64,000 nucleotides of DNA from an uncultured Actinomycetota bacterium. Lineage in GTDB: Bacteria > Actinomycetota > Actinomycetes > Streptosporangiales > Streptosporangiaceae. A model generated the notes under the pieces. That model saw only the letters and a program-made list of their open reading frames with translations. It made no database searches and was not told where the DNA came from. The stretch spans positions 1,201,823-1,265,822 of the forward strand of contig CAWAPP010000007.1 in the NCBI GenBank assembly GCA_963783935.1, read 5' to 3'. A program made the position numbers and the translations under genes. How positions within the stretch are numbered: the first letter of the stretch is position 1; the number at the start of each line of letters is the position of its first letter. Positions 24,121 to 33,198 of this stretch are shown here, one piece after another.

Positions 24121-24921
24121 ATGAGACAGCAGGTCGAACGCGTTACAGCGACTCGCACCCCGGCGGTTCAAGCCGCGCGGGCGGCTGGGCTCGGCGCGGC
24201 CGGGCTCGGTACCACGGGACTTGACCCGTCGGCGTCAGGCGTCGACGAGCCGGACGGGGGCCTGCCTGGTACCGCCGCGGCCGGTCAGGGCATCGCGGAC
24301 CAGCGGCGCAGGCAGATGCTTAACGCCGCCCTCGACGTGATCTCCGAGCGGGGGTTCGCTGACACCAGGATCGCCGACATCGCCGAGCGGATCGGGATAA
24401 GCCCGGCGCTGATCATTTATTACTTCAAGACCAAGGATCAGCTGCTTACCGAGGCGATCAGGCACTATGAGGACACCTGGTACGCCGAGGGCAAGCGGCG
24501 GATGGATGCCCTGCCGACGGCGGCCGCTCGGATCGAAGAATTTGTCGCGATGAACCTGCTGCCGGAGAGCGACGAGGAACTTGAGGGCAACTGGCAACTC
24601 TGGCTTGAGTTCTGGGTCCAGGCCGCGAGGAACCCGGGCATCGCCGTGCTGCGCCAGAGGTCTGATGAGCGCTGGCGGGAGGCACTGGTCGCCCTCGTGC
24701 GCTCTGGCCAGGCCGATGGCGAGTTCGCTACTATCGATCCTCACCCGTTCTCGATCATGGTGTCGTCTTTGCTCGACGGGCTGACAGTCCAGATCGCTCT
24801 GGAAGATCCGGTAGTTGACCCGGTGAGCGCATTTGAGCTATCTATGCGCTACATAGCAGAACATCTAGGTTTTGCGTGGGAGCCGACCGGGCGGACCCAC
24901 GCGAATGGCCGGGAGAGCTAG
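24121..24921 (+). CDS. TetR/AcrR family transcriptional regulator
   Basis: HTH block RRRQMLNAALDVISERGFADTRIADIAERIGISPALIIYYFKTKDQLL. ATG 24121 lies 6 nt after GGAGGAAG; GTG 24115 is also possible. Confidence 0.9.
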   Translation: MRQQVERVTATRTPAVQAARAAGLGAAGLGTTGLDPSASGVDEPDGGLPGTAAAGQGIADQRRRQMLNAALDVISERGFADTRIADIAERIGISPALIIYYFKTKDQLLTEAIRHYEDTWYAEGKRRMDALPTAAARIEEFVAMNLLPESDEELEGNWQLWLEFWVQAARNPGIAVLRQRSDERWREALVALVRSGQADGEFATIDPHPFSIMVSSLLDGLTVQIALEDPVVDPVSAFELSMRYIAEHLGFAWEPTGRTHANGRES

Positions 24922-24955
24922 CACAGTCAGTTAACACGCAGGAAGGCGGCCGCAG

Positions 24956-26074
24956 ATGTCTGGTGGACAGATCGACCTCATCTCGCTCAGCAAGCGATTC
25001 GTCGAGGTAGCCGTCGACAACGTGGACCTGACCGTGGCGAGCGGGGAGTTCTTTTCCCTGCTCGGGCCCTCTGGCTGTGGCAAGACGACCACGCTGCGGC
25101 TGATCGCCGGCTTTGAGCAGCCGACGTCCGGTCAGGTCCTGCTCGACGGCCTTGACGTCACGCACACCGCGCCGAACAAGCGCAAGGTCAACACGGTGTT
25201 CCAGAGCTACGCCCTGTTCCCGTTCCTCAATGTGTACGAGAACGTCGCCTTCGGGCTGCGCAACACGGGCGCCGACAAGGCGACGATCAAGACCAAGGTC
25301 CACGGGATGCTCGAACTAGTCGGCCTGGTCGAGTTCGAGAAGCGCCGCCCCGGCCAGCTTTCCGGCGGCCAGCAGCAGCGCGTGGCGCTGGCCCGCGCCC
25401 TCGTGCTCGACCCGGCGGTGCTGCTGCTCGACGAACCGCTCGGCGCGCTCGACGCCAAGCTGCGCCGGTCTCTGAAGGTTGAGCTCAAGGCGCTGCAGGA
25501 ACGAGTGGGCATTACCTTCCTCTACGTCACCCATGACCAGGAGGAAGCGCTCACGATGTCGGACCGGCTCGCCGTGATGCGGGCAGGGAAGATCGTGCAG
25601 ATGGGTGGGCCGCACGAGATCTACGATGAGCCTGCTGACACGTACGTGGCTGATTTCCTCGGGGTGTCCAACCTGATGGAGGTCAGCGTGATTGAGCGCG
25701 GGCCCGGGGCTAAGTGCGTGGTCAAGCTGGGCGATTCGACTCTCGAAGCCGACCATGGCGGCCTTGACGCCCCTGACCGGGCGCACGCGGTGATCAGGCC
25801 AGAGCGGGTGCGCATCGAGGCATTCGGTTCCGGCGGATCCAACCGGGTGCCTGGCATGATCGAGCGGCTGGTGTATCTCGGCTCGACTACCCAGGTGCTG
25901 ATCAGGCTGGCGCCGGGGCATCAGGTGCAGGCGCTGGTGCAAAACGACGGCAGCGCGTCCGACCTGACTCAGGGCACGCCGGTCAATGTGCACCTGGCGC
26001 CGGACGCGTTGCGGGTCCTGACCGGCACCGACATCACCATGGACGAAGACGAGCTCGTGGTAACTCCCGCCTGA
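24956..26074 (+). CDS. ABC transporter ATP-binding protein, PotA (spermidine/putrescine importer)-like
   Basis: Walker A LLGPSGCGKTT, signature LSGGQQQRVALARAL, Walker B LLLDEP, and a C-terminal TOBE-like tail. No permease gene is adjacent. Confidence 0.9.
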   Translation: MSGGQIDLISLSKRFVEVAVDNVDLTVASGEFFSLLGPSGCGKTTTLRLIAGFEQPTSGQVLLDGLDVTHTAPNKRKVNTVFQSYALFPFLNVYENVAFGLRNTGADKATIKTKVHGMLELVGLVEFEKRRPGQLSGGQQQRVALARALVLDPAVLLLDEPLGALDAKLRRSLKVELKALQERVGITFLYVTHDQEEALTMSDRLAVMRAGKIVQMGGPHEIYDEPADTYVADFLGVSNLMEVSVIERGPGAKCVVKLGDSTLEADHGGLDAPDRAHAVIRPERVRIEAFGSGGSNRVPGMIERLVYLGSTTQVLIRLAPGHQVQALVQNDGSASDLTQGTPVNVHLAPDALRVLTGTDITMDEDELVVTPA

Positions 26075-26090
26075 CCCCGCGCTGCGGACG

Positions 26091-26129
26091 GTTGTATAGT
26101 TACGCTTATAATAAACGTAGTTATACAAC
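26091..26129 (+). promoter_or_regulatory. AT-rich near-palindrome GTTGTATAGTTACG-N11-CGTAGTTATACAAC containing TATAAT
   Basis: A 14-bp stem is possible in RNA (two G-U pairs) with an 11-nt loop. TATAAT at 26107-26112. Strikingly AT-rich for this DNA. Lies between the potA-like stop and the ATPase gene. Confidence 0.35.
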
Positions 26130-26175
26130 TGGGGGCCTCATCAACGGTGAAACTGGCGTGGATAGGCCGGCTGAC

Positions 26176-27633
26176 ATGTTTGACCGTGAGTTCGAGTGGG
26201 GCGAGCTGGCCCGATTCGCACGGTTGCGCGGGCAAGGTCCGGCGCTGGGAATCGTGTCCGGTCGGCGGCGGCAAGGCAAGACCTACCTTCTCGACGCCGT
26301 TACCCGAGCCTGCGGCGGCTTGATGTTCACGGCGACCGAGGCTACGGCGGCTGAGTCGCTCGGCCAGTTCGGTGCGGCGCTGGCGCGCTTCCGGGGGGAG
26401 CCAGTTCCTCATCGGTTCGCGACTTGGGACGAGGCACTGTCCCAGCTTCTCCGGGCAACTTCCGACGGCGACCCTTTCGTCGCCGTCATTGACGAGTTTC
26501 CCTACCTGGTCAGGCAGTCGCCCGAGTTGCCATCGGTGATACAGCGGCTATTTGACCCGGCGGGCAGGAGATCGGCCGGGCCGGTTCGGTTGTTGCTGTG
26601 CGGCTCCGCGATGTCGTTCATGGGGGCGTTGCTCTCCGGCGGCGCGCCGCTGCGGGGGAGGGCCTCGCTTGAGCTCGTGGTTCCTACCTTTGACTACCGC
26701 CTTGCCGCCAGGTTCTGGGACATCACTGACCGCAGGACCGCGGTGCTGGCTAACGCGATCGTCGGCGGGACGCCTGCCTATCGCCGGGAGTTCTCTCAGG
26801 ATGACACTCCCGCCGGGCCCGATGACTTCGATCCGTGGGTAGTGCGCGCAGTTCTGAATCCGGCTCGGCCGCTGTTCAGGGAGGCTCGTTACCTGCTCGC
26901 TGAGGAGCCGGGCATTCGCGACACTGCCGTATACAGCTCAGTACTGGCTGCCATCGCCCAGGGCAACACGACTAGGGGCGGAATAGCCGGATACCTGGCG
27001 CGGCCTTCAACTGACCTGGCCCATCCGCTCGAGGTGCTTGAAGATGCCGGCTTTATCGCCAGGGAGGCTGACCTTTTCCGCGCTAATCGCTCTTCCTACC
27101 GTATCGCCGAGCCGATCGTCGGCTTCTATCACGCCGTAATGCGGCCAGCCTGGGGAGAGCTGGAAAGACCAGGATCAGCGGCCGCGATCTGGCGCCGGAT
27201 GCGCCAGACGTTTACCAGCAAGGTCGTCGGCCCGCACTTCGAGCGGCTCTGCCGGGACTGGGCGCGGTGGTATGCGGCACCGGAAAGTCTTGGCGGCTAC
27301 CCGGCGAAGGTCGGCGGCGGAGCGATCAACGACCGGTCCGGGCGGATGCTCCTAGAGGTCGATGTGGTCGTACTCGGGCAGGACGGTGCGAGCCCGGCTG
27401 AGATCCTGTGCCTAGGTGAAGCGAAGTGGAACACGGTGATGACCCCCGGCCATCTTGAGCGGCTTGAGCGGGCAAGGGACCTCCTGCGCGAGCATTCAGG
27501 GGCGCGGTCGACCGACCGGACGCGGCTGGCATTGTTTTCTGGCGCGGGCTTTTCCGAAGATCTCAAGGAACTCGCCGAACACGCCGCCGATATTGTCCTG
27601 GTTGACCTTGACCGCCTGTACGAGAGTGAGTAA
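26176..27633 (+). CDS. AAA-type ATPase (archaeal-ATPase/DUF234 family-like)
   Basis: Walker A GRRRQGKTYLL, Walker B-like FVAVIDEFPYL, and a C-terminal DUF234-like region. Start set at MFDREFEW (26176); GTG 26158 is also possible. Confidence 0.75.
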   Translation: MFDREFEWGELARFARLRGQGPALGIVSGRRRQGKTYLLDAVTRACGGLMFTATEATAAESLGQFGAALARFRGEPVPHRFATWDEALSQLLRATSDGDPFVAVIDEFPYLVRQSPELPSVIQRLFDPAGRRSAGPVRLLLCGSAMSFMGALLSGGAPLRGRASLELVVPTFDYRLAARFWDITDRRTAVLANAIVGGTPAYRREFSQDDTPAGPDDFDPWVVRAVLNPARPLFREARYLLAEEPGIRDTAVYSSVLAAIAQGNTTRGGIAGYLARPSTDLAHPLEVLEDAGFIAREADLFRANRSSYRIAEPIVGFYHAVMRPAWGELERPGSAAAIWRRMRQTFTSKVVGPHFERLCRDWARWYAAPESLGGYPAKVGGGAINDRSGRMLLEVDVVVLGQDGASPAEILCLGEAKWNTVMTPGHLERLERARDLLREHSGARSTDRTRLALFSGAGFSEDLKELAEHAADIVLVDLDRLYESE

Positions 27634-28514
27634 GCCGATTAGCGTGCGCGAGGCAGTGACTTCGGTTCCGACGGCGATGGGTGAGTTGCGGGCTCTCGTG
27701 CGCTGCCCTGACGAGGACGGGGCGTCATTGCCAGGGGTCGTATTGGTCGACGGAGCAGGCGAGGGTACGGCCGAAGACTGGGGTGAGTATCCCGAGCGGC
27801 TGGTCAGCTTCGGCGCCGTGGTGCTGAGTCATGACAAGCCTGGCGGCGGCGGGTCGCCGGGGGACTGGCGTGAGCAGACTTTGGAGGACCTGGCCGGGGA
27901 GACTCTCGCCGCGGTCGAGGTGCTGCGGGCGCAGCCGAGCGTCGACGCCTCCTGTGTGAGCCTGCTTGGGGTTAGCCAGGGTGGCTGGGTGTCGCTCATC
28001 GCGGCCAGTCTGGCTCCGGAAGCGATCAGCCGGGTCGTGACGGTCTCCGGGCCGGCGTGCCCGCGCTTGAGCAAGAGCGCTACCGGCTCATGCGATCCGT
28101 CGATGGCGATCCTGAGGCAATGGCCTGGGTGGACGAGCGGGCCCAGCGGATTTCAGCTGGAGAGGATCCGCAGTCGATCATTGACCGCCAGCTCACCTAT
28201 GCCGAACGACCCTGGTACGCGGCGGTGACGATGGCCTACGACGACCCCGTCCTGCTCCGGTTCGGTCAGCGGATCGTCGGATTCGACCCGGCCGTGGTGC
28301 TGTCTGAGGTGCGCTGCCCGGTGTTCGCGGCATTCGGCGGCGCGGATGAATCGTACCCGTTCCGGCGAGCGTCGTGCAGTTCGCCAGCCTGCTGCAGCGG
28401 AGTGCCAGGCACGCGCTCGCCGTCTTTCCCGGCGCTGGTCACGGCCTGTCCGCGAACGGGCAGCTCGCACCGGGCTTCCTGGCCATGCTGCGCCAGTTCC
28501 TCATGACATCCTAG
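27626..28514 (+). pseudogene. alpha/beta-hydrolase, disrupted by two apparent -1 frameshifts
   Basis: Frame A holds the nucleophile elbow GVSQGGW. The sense text moves to a second frame near 28045-28060 (..VSGPA / VPALEQERYRLM..) and to a third near 28350-28360, where it ends VFPGAGHGL..LRQFLMTS* (TAG 28512-28514) with the catalytic His motif. Confidence 0.65.
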
Positions 28515-29155
28515 GAGTTGAGGTAGGCGAGCACGGCGAGGACCCGGCGGTTATCGTCGTCGGAGGGTTCCAGGTTCAGTTTGGCGAAGATGCTGGTGCT
28601 GTGCTTGCTGACGGCCTTCTCCGAGATGTAGAGACGCTGGGCGATGGCGGCGTTCGACCTTCCCTGGGCCATGAGCTCGAGCACTTCACGCTCGCGGGGC
28701 GATAGCGCGGCGATCGGCTCGTCGGCCTGGCGCCTGCGCAGCAGCTTGCTGATCACTTCCGGGTCTAGCACGGTACCGCCGTCGGCTACTGTGCGGAGCG
28801 CCTCAACGAAGGCGTCGTCGCTGAACACCCGGTCCTTAAGCAGGTAGCCGACGCCGCCCGCGTGGTCAGAAAGCAGCTCGCGGGCGTAGAGCTGCTCGAC
28901 GTACTGGGAGAGCACGAGCACTGGCAGGCCCGGCAGTTCCTGCCGGGCCGCGAGCGCTACCCTCAGCCCTTCGTCGGTGAACGTTGGCGGCAGCCGGACG
29001 TCGATCACGGCGACGTCCGGCTTCTGTTCTAGCAGCGCATCGAGCAGTTCAGGGCCGCTGCCGACGGCCGCCGTCACCTCGATGTCGTGAGCGCGCAGTA
29101 GCCTGGTCAGGCCATCCCGCAGCAGGAACAGATCCTCGGCGATAACTACGCGCAT
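28511..29155 (-). CDS. two-component response regulator, NarL/FixJ (LuxR HTH) family
   Basis: REC domain MRVVIAEDLFLLRDGL..DVAVIDVRLPP. C-terminal LuxR HTH LSPREREVLELMAQGRSNAAIAQRLYISEKAVSKH. Confidence 0.9.
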   Translation of the reverse strand: MRVVIAEDLFLLRDGLTRLLRAHDIEVTAAVGSGPELLDALLEQKPDVAVIDVRLPPTFTDEGLRVALAARQELPGLPVLVLSQYVEQLYARELLSDHAGGVGYLLKDRVFSDDAFVEALRTVADGGTVLDPEVISKLLRRRQADEPIAALSPREREVLELMAQGRSNAAIAQRLYISEKAVSKHSTSIFAKLNLEPSDDDNRRVLAVLAYLNS

Positions 29156-29164
29156 TTCGCCACT

Positions 29165-30748
29165 CTAAGCGGCGATCCTGATCGCGCAGGGCACCTCGAT
29201 CGCGATGATGGTCGGCCCGCCCGGTGGGCTGTTCACGGCCAGCACGCCGTCGAACATGCCGAGCCTGCGCTCCAGGCCGAGCAGCCCTGAGCCGCGCTGC
29301 GGGTCGGCGCCGCCCGAGCCGTCGTCGGTCACCGTGATTCGCAGCGCGCGGCCGGCGTGCCAGATCCTGACGTACGCGTGCCTGGCGCCCGAGTGCTTGA
29401 CCACGTTGACGAGAGCTTCGGCGACGGCGAAGTAGCAGGCGGTTTCCACTGGCAGGTCGGGGCGGCCGGCTAGGTCCACCTCGACGTCCACCGGCAGTGG
29501 CGTGTCGAGCGCCAGTGCTTTCACCGCGTCAGCGAGGCCGCGGTCGGCCAGCACCGGCGGGCAGATCCCCCGCACCAGGTCGCGGAGATCGGCGAGCACC
29601 CTGACCGAGGTATCGCGCGCCTCGGCGACCAGCGCGGCGGCGGCGTTCGGGTCAGTCGGAATCAGCCGTTCAGCCGCCCGCAAGCTCATGCCGAGCGCGA
29701 TCAGCCTGGCCTGGGCCCCGTCGTGCAGATCGCGTTCCAGCCGGCGGATCTCGGCGTTGGCGGTGTCGACGGCGTCGGCCCTTGTCCTGGTCAGCCGCAC
29801 TACCCGAGTGGCAAGGTCGGCGTCGGCGGCGGACCGCAGCAGCGCCCTGGTCCGGTTGTCGAGCGCCCGTGGCATCAACCAGAGCCCGAAGCCGAACAGC
29901 GCAAGACCCTCAACCCCGGCCAGCACCGCCGAGGCCCGGCTGTCCACCAGCACAGCGCCATAACGAACGACGTCGTTGTACGGCGAGGGAAGCGGAACGT
30001 GCGTTGGCCAGAAGAGTCCAAGAGCAACCCCGTAAATTCCCAGCAAAATGAACCCGGCGATAGCCACGTCCGCGGCCAGGGCAGGGAACCTGATGACGAG
30101 GAGCGTCGCCGCGACCGCGACCGAGAACGTGAGGCCAGCACCCCACCAGGCCGTGCCTAGCCAGTACACCCGCCCGAGCAGTTCGATAAGTATCGCTGCG
30201 GCGGGGAGCAGGAGGATTCCCCAGCGGAAAGTGCCCTGCCCGGCGGCGGTGCGACCTGGCCGCCAGAGCAGTTTCCTGGCCCAGGGAATGTCCTTGGAGG
30301 ATCGCCAGAGCAGGTACAGCCCGAGACCGCCGAACAGGCAGGCCTGGAACAGGACTAGCTGCGAGTAACTACCGCCATCGCGAAACGAGGCAAGGCCGTA
30401 GCGAGTGTGCTCCGGGATCCCGCGCAGGTAGTCCCTGAACTTAACGATTCCTTCGTATCCGAGAAGCGCCAGCGCGACCGGAACGATCTTGTCCGTAATG
30501 AACCTCGGCGCGAACGTCCAGAGTGCGAGCGCGACCAGCGGGGCCGCCAATGTAACCGCATCACCTTCAGCGGATAGTGCCGCCACCACTGGCAGCAGCA
30601 GCACGCCGAGGCCAAGCCGGCGAAGCCGGTCCGCGGGCGGCAGCGACCTGAGTTCTGACCGCTTGAGCCGGCGCCAGAGGACCGCAAGGAACCAGCCTGC
30701 GAGGCCGATCAGATAACAGAACACAATCGCGGCTGGCACCCAGGGCAT
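29165..30748 (-). CDS. sensor histidine kinase (HisKA_3 / NarX-DesK type) with polytopic N-terminal membrane domain
   Basis: H-box ERDLHDGAQARLIALGMSL, HATPase_c VTDDGSGGAD..GSGLLGLERR, and about 8 N-terminal TM segments. Confidence 0.9.
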   Translation of the reverse strand: MPWVPAAIVFCYLIGLAGWFLAVLWRRLKRSELRSLPPADRLRRLGLGVLLLPVVAALSAEGDAVTLAAPLVALALWTFAPRFITDKIVPVALALLGYEGIVKFRDYLRGIPEHTRYGLASFRDGGSYSQLVLFQACLFGGLGLYLLWRSSKDIPWARKLLWRPGRTAAGQGTFRWGILLLPAAAILIELLGRVYWLGTAWWGAGLTFSVAVAATLLVIRFPALAADVAIAGFILLGIYGVALGLFWPTHVPLPSPYNDVVRYGAVLVDSRASAVLAGVEGLALFGFGLWLMPRALDNRTRALLRSAADADLATRVVRLTRTRADAVDTANAEIRRLERDLHDGAQARLIALGMSLRAAERLIPTDPNAAAALVAEARDTSVRVLADLRDLVRGICPPVLADRGLADAVKALALDTPLPVDVEVDLAGRPDLPVETACYFAVAEALVNVVKHSGARHAYVRIWHAGRALRITVTDDGSGGADPQRGSGLLGLERRLGMFDGVLAVNSPPGGPTIIAIEVPCAIRIAA

Positions 30749-30910
30749 CGCGTCACTCCTTCTCGGGCAATGCCATCACCAACTCAGCGACGGCAGCACC
30801 GTTATCGTGCCGCAGTACACCCGTCCGCCGGAATGGTCGCCGACCTACACCTGAGGTAGGCGTAGACCCACTAGGGTTCTTCCAGCGCCCCAAATGATGG
30901 GATCTGTCCG

Positions 30911-32031
30911 ATGCGCTTGCGCAAATGGTTCGTTGTCACGGGCACCGTGGCGGCCCTGCTCGGGACCGTCGCCGGTTCCGGCGGTGCGGTCGCTCAGCCC
31001 GCTGCGCGCAAGCCGCCGCTGATGCTGTACGTGGTGAACTCGGGCAGTTCCACCGTCACGCCGGTCAACACGGCCACCGACCGGGCCGGGCCCCGATCAA
31101 GGTCGGCTCGGAACCAACCGCCATCGCGATCGCGCCGGGCGGCCGGTTCGCTTACGTTCTCGATCAGGGCTCGGGCGCGGTCACTCCGATCCGGCTCAGC
31201 ACTGACCGGCCTGGCCGCCCGATCAAGCTCGGCGGAGAGCTAACCAGGATCACGATCACCCCGGATGGCAAGAAGCTCTACGTGCTTGACGGCGCCGGCG
31301 TCATCCCGATCAGTACCGCCACAGACAAGGCCGGCAAGCCGATCCCGGCCGGGGTCGGTCCCAACCGGATGGAGCTCACGCCGAACGGCAAGACCTTGTA
31401 CGTCACCGACCCGGTCTCTGACCACTTGATCGCGATCTCGACGGCCGCCAACCGGGTGGCAAGGCTGATCACGGTGAAGAGTTCGCCCGTCGTCGTGACG
31501 GTCACGCCTAACGGCAAGAAGGCGCTGGTGCTGAGCGACGGCGGGTTCGTGACCCCGATTGACACCGCGACCAACCACGCGGGCCGGGCGATCGCGGCCG
31601 GCGTATTTCCCGAGGACATCGTCGTGTCGCCAGACAGCAAGATCGCTTATGTGCTTGGCGGGGACGCCGATGGAACCGTGACTCCGGTCAACCTGATCAC
31701 CCGCAAGCCAGGCCGGGCTATCAAGACCAGCCTGGATGCGCTCGCCACTTTGGCGGCGACACCGAACGGCCGGACGCTCTACATCGGCCTCGCCGGCTTC
31801 GTCAGCGGCCCGGGCTTCGTCATCCCGATCAACCCGGCGACCGGCGCCATCCGCAAGCGTGTCCAGGTCGGCACGGGCGACACGACGATGCTCGCGGCGC
31901 CGGACAGCAGAATTCTGTACGTCGCCAGCGCGGGCTCCGGCACCGTGACGCCGATCGTCACCAGCACCAGCCGGCGCCTCAAGCCGATCAAGGTCGGCAA
32001 AGGCCCGGCCGCGATGGCCTTCGGTCGTTAG
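30911..32031 (+). pseudogene. secreted YVTN-type beta-propeller repeat protein, apparent frameshift near 31080-31100
   Basis: ORF 30911.. gives a signal peptide (MRLRKWFVVTGTVAALLGTVAGSGGAVA) and the first repeat LYVVNSGSSTVTPVNTATDRAG, then junk. The repeat text continues in the frame of ORF 30925..32031 (PIKVGSEPTAIAIAPGGRFAYVLDQGSGAVTPI.. x7). The switch falls in the run GGGCCGGGCCCC. Confidence 0.65.
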
Positions 32032-32510
32032 CAGAGCGCGCGCTGCCGATCGCGGACCGCGCCGCGGCTGAGCACGATCACTTCACGTTACCCGCAATGG
32101 GAGGCCTCACGTGCTGGTGGTTCCCGCATGGTTGTTTCTGAGTGATGGCGGCGGCGGCGGTCCTGGCCCGGGCGGTCAGCCCCAGCCTTGTTCCCGCGAT
32201 GGGGTCCAGGCCCCGGCTCCGGGACGACGGTGGGGTGCGACCGGGAACCCGCTGGTCCGGGATGTACTATATGCGCGGTTCGCGACGCCGGGAGCCGCGG
32301 TTAGCCTGGCTGGCCGGCAACGCGGGCCGCTGCTCACTGGCGAAGAAACGCACCCATGAGCCATGGGTGCCTTTCTTCTGGAGTGACGGTGATCGGCGGG
32401 CATGGAGCGCAGGCTGGCCCCCCTGCGCGTCGACCGGTATGCCGCTAATGCCCGGTTCGCGGAGGTTAGCCCGTGAGGTTTTCGTCCAGGGCGGGCCGGG
32501 CCGGGAGTGC

Positions 32511-32672
32511 GTCCAGAAAGTGAACCCGTGGTAAGTCGCCCGGGGACCGTGCCTTACCACGTTTTAGCTAAGAAAATACCGGCATAAACCACGTATAACG
32601 ATCCGCGGTTGCTAGCTAAAACGTGGTAAGCCGCCGGGCTGAGGCGGCTTACCACGTTTTCACTTTCTGGAC
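32511..32672. repeat. 162-bp nested double palindrome (MITE- or structured-RNA-like)
   Basis: Outer arms GTCCAGAAAGTGAACCCGTGGTAAG / CTTACCACGTTTTCACTTTCTGGAC. Inner arms CTTACCACGTTTTAGCTA / TAGCTAAAACGTGGTAAG (perfect). AT-richer centre. Single copy in this window. Confidence 0.6.
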
Positions 32673-32937
32673 TGACTCAAACCGCCCATATCGCCCGGCC
32701 GCCAGCCTGGCCGACCGCGACTCCACGGACAGACTGTCGCTCGTCACTCCCCGGGAAACGCACCCATGGCCCATCGATGTCGTTTGCGCGATCTGGGGTT
32801 ACCGCATCGATGGCCCATGGTTGCGGTAGGAGCAGCATCGATGGCCCATGGTTGTTGTTGCCTGGCGGCCGCGAACCGCATCGGTGGGCCATCGTTGCTG
32901 CCCCGCCCGGACAGTTGCGGCAAATGCCCCGGATGCA

Positions 32938-33039
32938 GGGATCGGGCTGACCGCCGGGATCCGGCTGACCGCCGGGATCCGGCTGACCGCCGGGATCCGG
33001 CTGACCGCCGGGATCGGGCTGACCGCCGGGATCGGGCCG
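32938..33039. repeat. 18-bp minisatellite GGGATC[CG]GGCTGACCGCC x~5.6
   Basis: Five full units plus a partial one, read directly. The variable base makes a 1-3-2 unit pattern (G,C,C,C,G,G). Confidence 0.9.
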
Positions 33040-33198
33040 GGGTATACGACACCCGCCGGGCTCGGCCTTCACCCCAGTCACGGCAGTCACGCCAGCTCTG
33101 GTCGCTGACCCGAGCCCTGACGGGCAACCACACGAGAACCTTCCGTGATGATGGACCGCGAGCGTGCTGGGGCCGGGGTGGCTGCCGGGCCTCGGGTA

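Larger units (their letters stand above)
32100..33140. repeat. intergenic repeat cluster R4
   Basis: Back-to-back hairpin arms CTCACTGGCGAAGAAACGCACCCATG/AGCCATGGGTGCCTTTCTTCTGGAGTGAC (~32333-32388). Nested palindrome 32511-32672. GCATCGATGG-type palindromes (32757-32900). 18-bp minisatellite (32938-33039). Confidence 0.8.
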
